64,000 nt of DNA from assembly GCA_965200745.1 (NCBI GenBank), contig CBDAUZ010000001.1, forward strand, positions 370,896 through 434,895. Reading direction: 5' to 3'. This document shows, in pieces, positions 10,318 through 19,859 of the stretch. The notes beneath the pieces were generated by a model. That model did not search any database and was not told the origin of the DNA. It saw only the letters and a list, made by a program, of their open reading frames with translations. The stretch comes from Alphaproteobacteria bacterium. Its GTDB lineage: Bacteria; Pseudomonadota; Alphaproteobacteria; SP197. Numbering within the stretch: the stretch's first letter is position 1; every line of letters starts with the position of its first letter. The position numbers and the translations under genes are program-made.

Positions 10318-12717
10318 ATGGCGGTAAGAAGCGCGACATCAACTTCTCCACAACTGTTCCGGACAACCGCTTTCGACTGGTTGCGAAATGGGGTTTCGGT
10401 GCTCGTTGGTATCGCATGCCTGGCGGTCGCCTGCTGGCTCGCCGTCGCGTTGGCGACATACAGTTCCGGCGATCCGTCCATCAATCACGCGACATCGGCC
10501 ACGCCCGAGAACGTTGCCGGTGTTGCGGGTGCCTACGTCGCGGACGTGTCACTGACCTGGGCGGGACTTGCCGCCTTGCTTCCGGCATTCGTCCTGATCG
10601 GATGGGCGCATGCACTGATCAGATTTCGCAAGCTGACCAGACCGCTGCTGCGTGTTTTCTGCCTTGTGATCTCGTTCGTCCTGCTCATGCCTGTCCTGGC
10701 GAACCTGTGGCCTGATGTCGAGGACATGCCTGCCGGCGCCGGCGGGCTCGGTGGCATCCTCGTCCTTGATATGCTGGCAGTCTGGATCGACAGCTACGAA
10801 CTGTCATTGTCATGGTTGGTCACCGCACTTGTTGCAATGAGCATGTTGACGTTTCCCGTTGCTGCCGCGATGTCATTCAGCGGCGTTTTTCATGGAGTCG
10901 GTGGCGCTGTCTCAAGGATGATCAGAAAACGTCCGGCATTGCGCCGAAGGCTTGTTCCGGTCCGATTCCGAATTCGCCGCTTTGGACTCAGGCGTTTCAG
11001 CTTGCGCCTTCCGCCATTTCTGCAAAGGGTTCGTTCGGGGCAGTTCAGGCGCAGATCCCGTTCAACCGAAAACGAACCGCGAGTCATGACGGGCAGTCCT
11101 CCCAAGGCACCCGGCAGGAAAAGAAAGGCCACGAAGAAAACCGGCACTGCAGCACGGTCAAAGGCCGATGCAACGTCAACACGGCAGGCTCAGGAGAAAA
11201 AGTACACCTTTCCGCCAACCGATCTCCTTGAAGCAACAAAACGCAGCAGCCGTACAAGCGTCTCCCAGCGGGAACTTGAGGAACAGGCGGAACAACTTCA
11301 GACAGTGCTTTCGGACTTCGGAATTCGCGGTGAAATTGTCAACGCCAGACCCGGTCCTGTTGTCACGCGTTTCGACCTTGAACCCGACGCGGGGATCCGG
11401 GCGAACAGGATCATCGCACTCTCGGATGACATTGCACGGAGCATGTCGGCCGTATCAGCCCGTGTTGCCATCGTCACCGGCAGCAAGCTCATGGGCATCG
11501 AGTTGCCCAAACGCGAACGGGAGCTGGTGCTGCTGCGTGAATTGCTGGAGAGCCCCGCATTCACGTCAAAGAATCGACATCTGCCCGTGATCCTTGGCAA
11601 GGATATTTCCGGTGCGCCTGTCATCGAGGATCTGGTTGACATGCCGCATCTCCTCATCGCCGGCACGACGGGCTCGGGCAAGTCCGTCGGCGTTAACGCG
11701 ATGATCCTGTCACTCCTGTTCCGGCTGAGTCCGAAGGAATGCCGCCTGATCCTGATCGATCCCAAGATGCTTGAACTGTCCGTCTATGACGACATTCCGC
11801 ACCTTCTCGCACCCGTCGTGACCGAACCCGCCAAGGCCGTGCAGGCCCTGAACTGGGTCGTGCGGGAGATGGAGCGGCGATACAGATCAATGCAGAAGGT
11901 CAACGCGCGCAATATCACCGTGTTCAACGAGAAGGTCAGGGCGGCGCTGGCCCGCAACAAACCGCTCATCCGGCAGGTCCAGGTCGGATTCCATCCTGAA
12001 ACCGGGGAACCCGTTCACGAACAGGATGTCATTGCAACAGAAACCTTGCCCTACATCGTCGTGGTTGTTGACGAGATGGCAGACCTCATGCTCGTTGCTG
12101 GACGCGAAATCGAGGGGGCGGTCCAGCGTCTGGCGCAAATGGCGCGTGCCGCCGGAATACACATTATCATGGCGACGCAACGTCCCTCGGTCGACGTAAT
12201 CACCGGAACCATCAAGGCCAACTTCCCCTCTCGAATCTCGTTCCATGTGGCGTCGAAGACCGACAGTCGCACGATTTTCAACGAGCACGGCGCGGAACAG
12301 TTGCTGGGCAAGGGCGACATGCTGTTTGCTTACAGCGGCCGCAAGATGACACGCATCCACGGACCGTTCGTCAGTGACGAGGAAGTCACGCGCGTCGCGG
12401 AAAATTTGCGACAGCAAGGCAAACCCGACTACCTCGAGGACATCACTGAAGAACACACTGATGTTCAGGGTGGAACACTCGGACTGCTGGACAAGCCAAC
12501 CGTGGACAAGGATCAGGGACTCTATGATCAGGCTGTCTATCTGGTCACGACAGAAAAGAAGGCATCAACCAGTTTCGTGCAGCGGCATCTGAAGATCGGT
12601 TACAATCGTGCTGCCAATATTGTTGAGCGGATGGAACGGGAAGGTGTCGTAAGTTCACCAAACCACGTCAACAAACGCGAGGTTCTTGCACCGCCGCCGC
12701 CGGGTCCACCAGGATGA
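10318..12717 (+). CDS. ftsK: DNA translocase FtsK
   Basis: 799 aa. N-terminal TM region, Pro/Arg-rich linker, Walker A 'GTTGSGKS' and a C-terminal gamma/winged-helix region 'SFVQRHLKIGYNRAANIVERME'. Confidence 0.9.
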   Translation: MAVRSATSTSPQLFRTTAFDWLRNGVSVLVGIACLAVACWLAVALATYSSGDPSINHATSATPENVAGVAGAYVADVSLTWAGLAALLPAFVLIGWAHALIRFRKLTRPLLRVFCLVISFVLLMPVLANLWPDVEDMPAGAGGLGGILVLDMLAVWIDSYELSLSWLVTALVAMSMLTFPVAAAMSFSGVFHGVGGAVSRMIRKRPALRRRLVPVRFRIRRFGLRRFSLRLPPFLQRVRSGQFRRRSRSTENEPRVMTGSPPKAPGRKRKATKKTGTAARSKADATSTRQAQEKKYTFPPTDLLEATKRSSRTSVSQRELEEQAEQLQTVLSDFGIRGEIVNARPGPVVTRFDLEPDAGIRANRIIALSDDIARSMSAVSARVAIVTGSKLMGIELPKRERELVLLRELLESPAFTSKNRHLPVILGKDISGAPVIEDLVDMPHLLIAGTTGSGKSVGVNAMILSLLFRLSPKECRLILIDPKMLELSVYDDIPHLLAPVVTEPAKAVQALNWVVREMERRYRSMQKVNARNITVFNEKVRAALARNKPLIRQVQVGFHPETGEPVHEQDVIATETLPYIVVVVDEMADLMLVAGREIEGAVQRLAQMARAAGIHIIMATQRPSVDVITGTIKANFPSRISFHVASKTDSRTIFNEHGAEQLLGKGDMLFAYSGRKMTRIHGPFVSDEEVTRVAENLRQQGKPDYLEDITEEHTDVQGGTLGLLDKPTVDKDQGLYDQAVYLVTTEKKASTSFVQRHLKIGYNRAANIVERMEREGVVSSPNHVNKREVLAPPPPGPPG

Positions 12718-12899
12718 GTCACGCAGATTCGGAAAGCGAGTCCGAACGCACCTGCACGTCTGCGGTGTGTGGATGTGCGCACGACAGCCGCTACCAGCCG
12801 ACATGCCGTGATCGAATACCTGCGACGCACCTGAGGGTTTCCTTGTACCCGTACGGTTTCCGGTCGAATATCCGGATGTCTGTCCGGGGCTGACCTGTC

Positions 12900-13823
12900 G
12901 TGTTCCAGATCTACCTCCCGATTGCCGAGATGTCGGTCGACATCTTCCTTCTGCTTGGCATGGGCGCAGCAGTCGGTTTTCTCTCGGGCCTGTTCGGTGT
13001 CGGCGGTGGATTCCTGATGACGCCGTTGCTGATCTTCATTGGCGTACCGCCGGCCGTTGCGGTCGGTTCGGAAGTGAATCAGGTTGTCGCGGCATCGGTT
13101 TCCGGATTCATGGCGCACTGGCGGCGCAGTCAGGTCGATTTCAAGATGGGAACCGTTCTGCTGATCGGCGGCGTTCTCGGGTCTGCATTCGGCGTCTGGT
13201 TGTTCGGTATCCTGCGACAGGTCGGTCAGATCGATCTCGTTATCTCGATCTCCTATGTCATCATGCTCGGTTCTATCGGTTCACTCATGCTGATCGAATC
13301 AGGTCGAACGATTCTTCGACGCCATCGTGGAACGGCCGTTCGCCGGAAAGCACACGTGCACTACTGGGCGCACGGGTTGCCGTTCAAGATGCGGTTCAGG
13401 ACATCAAGGCTCTACATCAGTGCCATACCGCCTGTCGCGCTCGGGTTTGCGGTTGGCGTCCTCGCCGCAATCATGGGTGTCGGCGGCGGTTTCATTCTCG
13501 TTCCCGCGATGATCTACCTCCTCGGCATGCCGGTCAGCGTCGTGATCGGCACCTCCCTGTTCCAGATCACGTTTGTCACCGCCGCAGCAACACTGTTTCA
13601 CTCCACCGCGACGCAGACCGTGGACGTGCTGCTCGCCGGGCTTCTGACAATCGGCGCTGTCGTCGGCGCCCAGATCGGGACACGCGTCGGTGCGGAACTC
13701 AAGGGTGATGAACTGCGTGGTTTGCTCGCACTTGTCGTGCTCAGTGTCTGTGCAACCCTGTTGTGGCGGCTGGTCAGCGAGCCGATCAGCCTGTTCACGC
13801 TTTCCGTTGCGGGGTTCCATTGA
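12900..13823 (+). CDS. TauE/SafE (TSUP) family sulfite/anion exporter
   Basis: Two repeated halves, each with 'GVGGGFLMTP' / 'GVGGGFILVP' motifs. Confidence 0.8.
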   Translation: MFQIYLPIAEMSVDIFLLLGMGAAVGFLSGLFGVGGGFLMTPLLIFIGVPPAVAVGSEVNQVVAASVSGFMAHWRRSQVDFKMGTVLLIGGVLGSAFGVWLFGILRQVGQIDLVISISYVIMLGSIGSLMLIESGRTILRRHRGTAVRRKAHVHYWAHGLPFKMRFRTSRLYISAIPPVALGFAVGVLAAIMGVGGGFILVPAMIYLLGMPVSVVIGTSLFQITFVTAAATLFHSTATQTVDVLLAGLLTIGAVVGAQIGTRVGAELKGDELRGLLALVVLSVCATLLWRLVSEPISLFTLSVAGFH

Positions 13824-14557
13824 ACCGCCTCGCGATCGTCGTGCTTTGCGCCCTTACGGTGTTTGCGGCGCCCAGAAGTGATGCCCAGGAGCTTGTTTCC
13901 GGGCTTTCGCATCATCTTATCGAGATTTCGGCCAACTTCCAGGGAACCGAACTTCTGACATTCGGTGCGATCGAAGGCACGGGCGATGTCGTTGTCGTCG
14001 TCCGCGGACCGCGCAAGACAACCACGGTTCGCAAGAAGGGACGGGTTTTTGGAATCTGGCTGAACAAGGAATCGTCCCGATTCCTGTCGGTTCCCGGATT
14101 CTATGGACTTGCCACCACGCGCCCGCTCGAGGAAATCGGCAGCACCGAGATTTTCAATGCACTCGAGATCGGCGTCAATGGTCTGCGGTTCGAACCAGAG
14201 GATCGCGATCAGGACGATGTCGAGGAGTTCCGGGAAGCACTGATACAGATACGCCAGGAAGAGGGTCTGTTTCCGGTCGAGCCATCCGTCGTCGAGGTTG
14301 TCGGCGGCAAGTTGTTCAAAGCCAGCATCCCGCTACCCGCAGGCATACCCGTCGGGACCTATACAGCCGATACATTCCTCGTGCGCGAAGGTGTCATTGC
14401 CGCCGCACAGTCGTCGCCCATCATTGTCTCAAAGGCCGGGTTCAGCGCAGAGATATTTCACTTTGCACACCGGAACTCGTTACTCTACGGAGTTCTTGCG
14501 GTGATCGGTGCCGTAATGGCAGGGTTGACTGGCAACTTTCTCTTCCGCAGGCCTTGA
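13820..14557 (+). CDS. TIGR02186-like (Alph_Pro_TM) membrane protein paired with TauE
   Basis: Signal peptide plus a C-terminal TM. A TTG start overlaps the TauE stop. This pairing with TauE is commonly annotated in alphaproteobacteria; assignment is from memory of the family. Confidence 0.5.
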   Translation: MNRLAIVVLCALTVFAAPRSDAQELVSGLSHHLIEISANFQGTELLTFGAIEGTGDVVVVVRGPRKTTTVRKKGRVFGIWLNKESSRFLSVPGFYGLATTRPLEEIGSTEIFNALEIGVNGLRFEPEDRDQDDVEEFREALIQIRQEEGLFPVEPSVVEVVGGKLFKASIPLPAGIPVGTYTADTFLVREGVIAAAQSSPIIVSKAGFSAEIFHFAHRNSLLYGVLAVIGAVMAGLTGNFLFRRP

Positions 14558-14570
14558 ACCGGGACCTTGA

Positions 14571-15101
14571 ATGCCAACTGAAACCAATCAGCCGCCGCCG
14601 GCGGACACACCACAAGATACCGGTGCGGCCGGACACATTGCCGGCCAGGTCAAGTTTCTCGTCTGTGTCGATGCATCGCCACCGAGCAAGGTCGCCGTTC
14701 ACTATGCCTGCCGCAGGGCAAAGAACACCAACGGCAGGGTTGCGCTGCTGCATGTCGTACCTCCGGTCGACTTTCGCCAATGGTCGGGTGTCGAACAGAT
14801 CATGCGCGAGGAGCGTTACGAAGAGGCAAACAACCTACTGCAGGATATCGCGGCCGACGTGAACGCCTGGGCCGGTGTCATGCCTGAACTTGTGGTGCGG
14901 GAGGGACGCATAGGTGACGAAATACTCGGCGCCATTGATGACGATCCGGCCATTGATCTTTTGTGCGTCGGCTCAAATCCAAGTGACGGCCGTGGACGGC
15001 TTGTCTCGTTTCTTGCCGCACACCTGTCAAGCCGTTTGACTATTCCGCTTGTCGTCATACCCGGGACACTCTCTGACGAGCAGATCATCAGTATCACCTG
15101 A
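14571..15101 (+). CDS. Universal stress protein (UspA family)
   Basis: 'KFLVCVDASPPS…' and C-terminal 'IPLVVIPG' match the UspA fold pattern. Confidence 0.65.
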   Translation: MPTETNQPPPADTPQDTGAAGHIAGQVKFLVCVDASPPSKVAVHYACRRAKNTNGRVALLHVVPPVDFRQWSGVEQIMREERYEEANNLLQDIAADVNAWAGVMPELVVREGRIGDEILGAIDDDPAIDLLCVGSNPSDGRGRLVSFLAAHLSSRLTIPLVVIPGTLSDEQIISIT

Positions 15102-15223
15102 AGACCACTGCCGAAATCAATCCCGGTTTTCCACAATTTGCTGCAGCCTGTGTCATCTTGCGTTTGCCGATTGATGCCGCTAGGTTCGCAATAGGTCTTC
15201 AAGCGCAGCAAGGGAGATAAGCT

Positions 15224-15775
15224 GTGTTCATTCAGACTGAGGACACGCCAAATCCGTTAGCCATGAAGTTCATTCCCGGGCGTACAGTTGTTGCTTCGGG
15301 TACTGCAAACTTCACGGACCGGCATACTGCAGCCCGCTCGCCGCTGGCGGCGCGGTTGTTCGATGTTTCCGGAATTGAGGGAGTTTTCCTCGGTTCCGAC
15401 TTCATCTCCGTGACCAAATCCGAGTCCGGAGAATGGCAGCTTCTGCGACCCGTTATTCTCGGTGTCATCATGGAGCATTTCGTCGCAGGTCATCCGGTTC
15501 TTCTGAACGACGATCAAGGCCCAGAGGAAAGCACTGATGAAAGTTCAGAGGTTGTCCGGCAGATCAAGGAGTTGCTTGACACGCGTGTTCGCCCCGCTGT
15601 TGCACAGGATGGTGGTGATATCGTCTTCCACTCCTATCACGACGGTGTCGTTTCCCTCACCATGCAGGGTGCATGCCAAGGATGCCCCAGTTCCACAATG
15701 ACGCTGAAAATGGGCATCGAAAATCTCCTGCGTCACTACATCCCGGAGGTGACCGAGGTCCGACCGGTTATCTGA
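15224..15775 (+). CDS. NifU-like Fe-S cluster scaffold (Nfu/NifU C-terminal domain with N-terminal Nfu_N)
   Basis: 'MFIQTEDTPNPLAMKF' (Nfu_N) and 'CQGCPSS' (CxxC NifU motif). Confidence 0.75.
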   Translation: MFIQTEDTPNPLAMKFIPGRTVVASGTANFTDRHTAARSPLAARLFDVSGIEGVFLGSDFISVTKSESGEWQLLRPVILGVIMEHFVAGHPVLLNDDQGPEESTDESSEVVRQIKELLDTRVRPAVAQDGGDIVFHSYHDGVVSLTMQGACQGCPSSTMTLKMGIENLLRHYIPEVTEVRPVI

Positions 15776-15823
15776 TCGGCTCACACAGTGTGATTCACCG
15801 GCAGGCTTTCCACGCCTGTCTGC

Positions 15824-16720
15824 GTGTCGGGGAGAAACATGCCTTCCGCTCGATTTTTCGCAACCTGCCTGCTCGTGATGTGCCTTGCCGCGAATTCGGC
15901 AAGTGCCACGTCACCGACGTCCAGAATCGATAATTCCGAGTCGACCAATTCGCGCAGTCACAAGACGCAAGATGTTGCACTTCTCGTCAGCAACTATGAC
16001 CTTGAGCGTGTGCGCAACGGTGACCTGTCGGTTCCACGTTCCATCGTTCCGATCGTACCAGGTGATCTGGCCCGGATTACGAACCTCAAGGCCAGGAAGG
16101 TTATATTCATCCAGTTCATGTTGCCGATGATTCTCCGCGTCAACGAACGGATCGAAGCACAGCGTCGTCGACTGGTTTATCTCCTGTGGCAGATTGACGC
16201 CGGACGAGACCTTGATCAGCGCGATCTCCTGTGGCTCGATAATCTGGCCCGTGAGTACGGTCTTGGAACGGACGACCGCGATGAATTGATCCGTCGTGTG
16301 GACACGGTTCCTGTCTCCATCTTCCTGGCACAGGCTATTATCGAATCCGGCTGGGGCACATCGAGATTTGCCGTTGAAGGGAACGCCCTCTACGGACAGC
16401 GCACCTGGAACGAGAGTACCGGCATCATCCCGAAAAAACGACGGTCGAAACAATCATTCGTCGTCAGGACGTTTTCCAAACCACATGGGTCCGTGGTCGC
16501 CTACGCAAACAACCTGAACCAGCATCCCGCCTACAGCGAGTTTCGAAAATCACGCGCGAAGGCCCGTGCAGACGGCCTTCCCATGGACAGCCGGACACTC
16601 GTTCGATTTCTCGGTGGGTACGCTGAGGAGCCCGATTACGTCAATCGTGTACTCGATATCATTGACGACAATGCTCTGACCGATTTCGATGACGCTCGTT
16701 TGGGAACGGCGGCAATCTGA
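15824..16720 (+). CDS. Glucosaminidase-domain protein (Bax/FlgJ-like)
   Basis: Signal peptide, then 'FLAQAIIESGWGTSRFAVEGNALYGQRTW', a mannosyl-glycoprotein endo-beta-N-acetylglucosaminidase motif. Confidence 0.65.
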   Translation: MSGRNMPSARFFATCLLVMCLAANSASATSPTSRIDNSESTNSRSHKTQDVALLVSNYDLERVRNGDLSVPRSIVPIVPGDLARITNLKARKVIFIQFMLPMILRVNERIEAQRRRLVYLLWQIDAGRDLDQRDLLWLDNLAREYGLGTDDRDELIRRVDTVPVSIFLAQAIIESGWGTSRFAVEGNALYGQRTWNESTGIIPKKRRSKQSFVVRTFSKPHGSVVAYANNLNQHPAYSEFRKSRAKARADGLPMDSRTLVRFLGGYAEEPDYVNRVLDIIDDNALTDFDDARLGTAAI

Positions 16721-16934
16721 CGCCAAATCAGAGTATCCGCAGGGGTGCTGCCGTTCGGCCGCGCCGGCCCGGATCGAACCTCGATCGGATCTGCGGCGGG
16801 CAGCGGGGGAGTCGTTCGGGCGCCGGGCATGCGCGATGCGATACGGCACCGCTTCGAACGGGAATGAATCGCTGTCTGTCGCAGGAGCGGAAGAGGCCAT
16901 GTGCCCTGCGCCATTCATGACGCGTGCCGGACCC

Positions 16935-19859
16935 TCAGGCTGATTGGCGCTCCACGAAGCGACGGAACAAGCCGTCGGCCTTGCTGAGCTGTTCGAAGGT
17001 GCCCTCCTGAACGACCTTTCCAGCCTGAAGTACGTAGATACGGCTCGCCTGGCGGATCGTGGATATGCGATGGGCGATGACGATGCGCGTCGCACTGGAA
17101 TTCTCGATTCCGGCCATGGTCAGTTCCTGGCTCTTCGCGTCAAGCCAGCTGGTTGCTTCGTCGAGAAAGAGAATGCTCGGCCTGCGCACCAGTGCCGCTG
17201 CGATGCGGACGCGCTGCACCTGCCCGCCGGAAAACGTCGAGCCGCTGCCGCCCATCGGGGTGTGCATGCCCATCGGCATGGCGGCGATGTCATCGGCAAT
17301 TGCGGCCTGCCGCGCGGCTCGCCAAGCGTCGTCAAGGGTAAGGCTTTCGTCCACGCCGTTGATATTGTCCATCACCGTGCCTGCCAGCAGACTGTTCTCC
17401 TGCATCACGACGCCGATCTGGCGGCGCAGGAAATCGGCGTTGATGCGCGCAAGATCGTGGCCGTCATAGTAGACGGTTCCTGAGGACGGCGTCTCGAGAC
17501 CGAGCGCCAGGCGCATGAGCGTGCTCTTTCCCGAACCCGACTCGCCGACGACAGCGATGAACTCGCCCGGCTTGGTGCGGATCGTCACTTCGTCGAGGAC
17601 GAGAGGGCCGGATTCCGAATAGCGGAAGCTGACACGATCGAAGACGATTTCGCCGTTGATTTGCGGTGCCGCTCCGTCATGTGTTCCGCCCTCCGGCAGC
17701 GCCGCCAGGATTTCCCGCGATTGCTCGCCGGCCGGGATCAGTGCGGCGATGGCCTCGAACGAAAGGCTGAAGATGACGAGTGAGCCAACGAACATCATCG
17801 ATGCAGAGTAGATGACCATGAAATCCCCGACCGACAGCTGGGCCCGGTCCTGGGTGAGCGCCACGGCGATGAAGGCCGCGGTCCACAGCGCCGGAATCGA
17901 AATGGCGAGCGCGGTCAGGTGTTCGTTCAGCTTCGAGATGTCGATCTCGGCCAGTTTCTGCGTGCGATATTGTCTTGCCCATTTCGCATAGGCGGAGGCC
18001 TCGGCCCCACTCGCCCGCAGCTTGCCGATCCCGTTGATGAGCTGGAACAGGTGACCGGCAAGCGTGCGTGCAGCTGCAAAGCGGCGCCGGTGATACCCGA
18101 CCTGTACCATGCCTATGGCGACTGTCAGCCCGAGCGTCGCGATACCGAGGCACAGGCTCAGCCACCCCAGCGCGGTGTTGTAGACGAAGACCAGGGCGAA
18201 AGTCGGCATCAGGAACAGCACGGACAGGATGGCACCGGACGCCAGGGCGGACAATTGGTCGCGCATGACCAGGAATGTCATGGCCCGGGTCGCGAGGTCG
18301 CCGACAGTGAAACTCCGAAAGAACACCGGGCGCAGCCGCAGGAGGCGGTCCCAGACAGCCGCCACGATGCGCGTGGAGGCGCGTCCCTCGAGCCGCATCA
18401 TCGCGGTCCCGCGCAACATGTTGAGCAGACCCGCCAGGACGGCCGCCACCACCACCAGCCCTGTGAGGTGGAGCAGCCGGTCGGGTTCTCCCGAAGGGGC
18501 CAGGATATCGGCCAGGAGGCCGAGGGCCACTGCCGGAAACAGCAGGACGGCGCCGGCCGCGATTCCCGCCAGCGTCAACTGGCCGAGGTCTCCTGCCTGA
18601 TTGCGGCTGGCGAGGCGCAGCAGGTCGCGGGCGCCGGCCGGCCGGTCAGTCGGCAGGGGCCGGTAGACCATGACGGCATCGTCGATGAACTGGTCCGCGG
18701 TGCCTGCCGTCACCCGCCGGGCCTCGCCCGATACCGGATCGATGCTGCGATACCACCCGGACCGCCCGGGAAGAAGCGCGACGGGCTGTCCGTCATCCTT
18801 GCGCCAGGCGATCATCGCCCCGCTGTCTCCGTACCACCAGCGGTCTTCTTCCTTGAGACGCACCTGCCTGCCATTGAGACCGGATGCCAGCAGGACGGAG
18901 CGGAGGCTGTCCTTCGCCTCTTGTCTGTCCGGGACCCGGATGGCGATGTCCTCATAGGCAGCGACGATCCGCAATGCCGCAAGCGGCCCGGAATCGGCGT
19001 GGTCCGGAACAAATCCGTCGATGACAGAGTACAACCGGCTTCTGGACGCCGCCCTGTCCGTTCTCCGCCATGCCCCCCTGTTGCGCTGAAGGTTGGCTTC
19101 GTCGGCGAGAAGCAGCATGCGGTTGAAGGCTTCGGCGGCGAGTGCAAGCCTGTGAAACTCCGGCACATGCAGCGTCAGGAGATCGGCGGGGTCCATGTCC
19201 GAGGTCGCTTGGGCCTCGACCTCCACGCGTGCTGGAAGCATAGCCCAGATTCCGGGGCTGACAGGCATCAGGGCCGATGGCCCCGGACCCGATTCTTCCG
19301 TTCCGAGGTATGCGGCATCGGCGGCATCGCCACGAATCCACGCCACTCCTCGCTCGGAGGAGACCGTGCCCGATGCGGAGGTGGTCGATCCTGCCGTCAG
19401 CAGGACATCGGCACGCGGCCGGGGATCGATGTCTCGCACCACCGCTTCCGCAAATTCACGGATCCATGCGTCGACCTGTCCGGCCAGGGCATGCCCTGCC
19501 GCTCCTTCGGGCAAGCGCTCCAGCAGGTCCGTGATCCCGATCGGGCGAAGCGCAGAACCAGGCAAGCCCTTGGCCAGCAGCCCCAGGCCGCTGTTGCCGT
19601 CGCTCTGACCGAACAGGAGGCGCCCGCGCTGCGCCCGGATCATGTGCTTGTACATCGATGCGGTGCGGTCTTCCTGGAACTCGACCGCAAAGACATCGAC
19701 CGTGCCGCTCTCCACGATCCACACGGTGGTGGAGTCATCGAGGCGCAGCGGCTGGTTGCCGGCGCAGGGAATCGGTTCCCCGAAAAAGTCCGCAAAATCG
19801 ACGCCGTCGACGGGTTGTTCCGGCATGCGGGCGCGATCAGGAGGAATGGATGAGTTCAT
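16935..19859 (-). CDS. NHLM-type bacteriocin-system ABC transporter, ATP-binding/permease with N-terminal cNMP-binding-like domain
   Basis: 974 aa with N-terminal beta-roll/cNMP-like domain, six TM helices and an ABC NBD (Walker A 'GESGSGKST', signature 'FSGGQ'). Overlaps the upstream C39-ABC gene by 23 bp. Confidence 0.75.
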   Translation of the reverse strand: MNSSIPPDRARMPEQPVDGVDFADFFGEPIPCAGNQPLRLDDSTTVWIVESGTVDVFAVEFQEDRTASMYKHMIRAQRGRLLFGQSDGNSGLGLLAKGLPGSALRPIGITDLLERLPEGAAGHALAGQVDAWIREFAEAVVRDIDPRPRADVLLTAGSTTSASGTVSSERGVAWIRGDAADAAYLGTEESGPGPSALMPVSPGIWAMLPARVEVEAQATSDMDPADLLTLHVPEFHRLALAAEAFNRMLLLADEANLQRNRGAWRRTDRAASRSRLYSVIDGFVPDHADSGPLAALRIVAAYEDIAIRVPDRQEAKDSLRSVLLASGLNGRQVRLKEEDRWWYGDSGAMIAWRKDDGQPVALLPGRSGWYRSIDPVSGEARRVTAGTADQFIDDAVMVYRPLPTDRPAGARDLLRLASRNQAGDLGQLTLAGIAAGAVLLFPAVALGLLADILAPSGEPDRLLHLTGLVVVAAVLAGLLNMLRGTAMMRLEGRASTRIVAAVWDRLLRLRPVFFRSFTVGDLATRAMTFLVMRDQLSALASGAILSVLFLMPTFALVFVYNTALGWLSLCLGIATLGLTVAIGMVQVGYHRRRFAAARTLAGHLFQLINGIGKLRASGAEASAYAKWARQYRTQKLAEIDISKLNEHLTALAISIPALWTAAFIAVALTQDRAQLSVGDFMVIYSASMMFVGSLVIFSLSFEAIAALIPAGEQSREILAALPEGGTHDGAAPQINGEIVFDRVSFRYSESGPLVLDEVTIRTKPGEFIAVVGESGSGKSTLMRLALGLETPSSGTVYYDGHDLARINADFLRRQIGVVMQENSLLAGTVMDNINGVDESLTLDDAWRAARQAAIADDIAAMPMGMHTPMGGSGSTFSGGQVQRVRIAAALVRRPSILFLDEATSWLDAKSQELTMAGIENSSATRIVIAHRISTIRQASRIYVLQAGKVVQEGTFEQLSKADGLFRRFVERQSA

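Noticed and set aside
17919-19853. 644-aa plus-strand ORF, and similar ones at 20852..21640, 21013..22356, 41662..42369, 29458..31071, 37815..38579 and 62050..63105
   Set aside because: All are antisense to confidently assigned genes (ABC transporters, cobQ, IS4 transposase, cobN, higA) and have R/G/P-rich junk composition.
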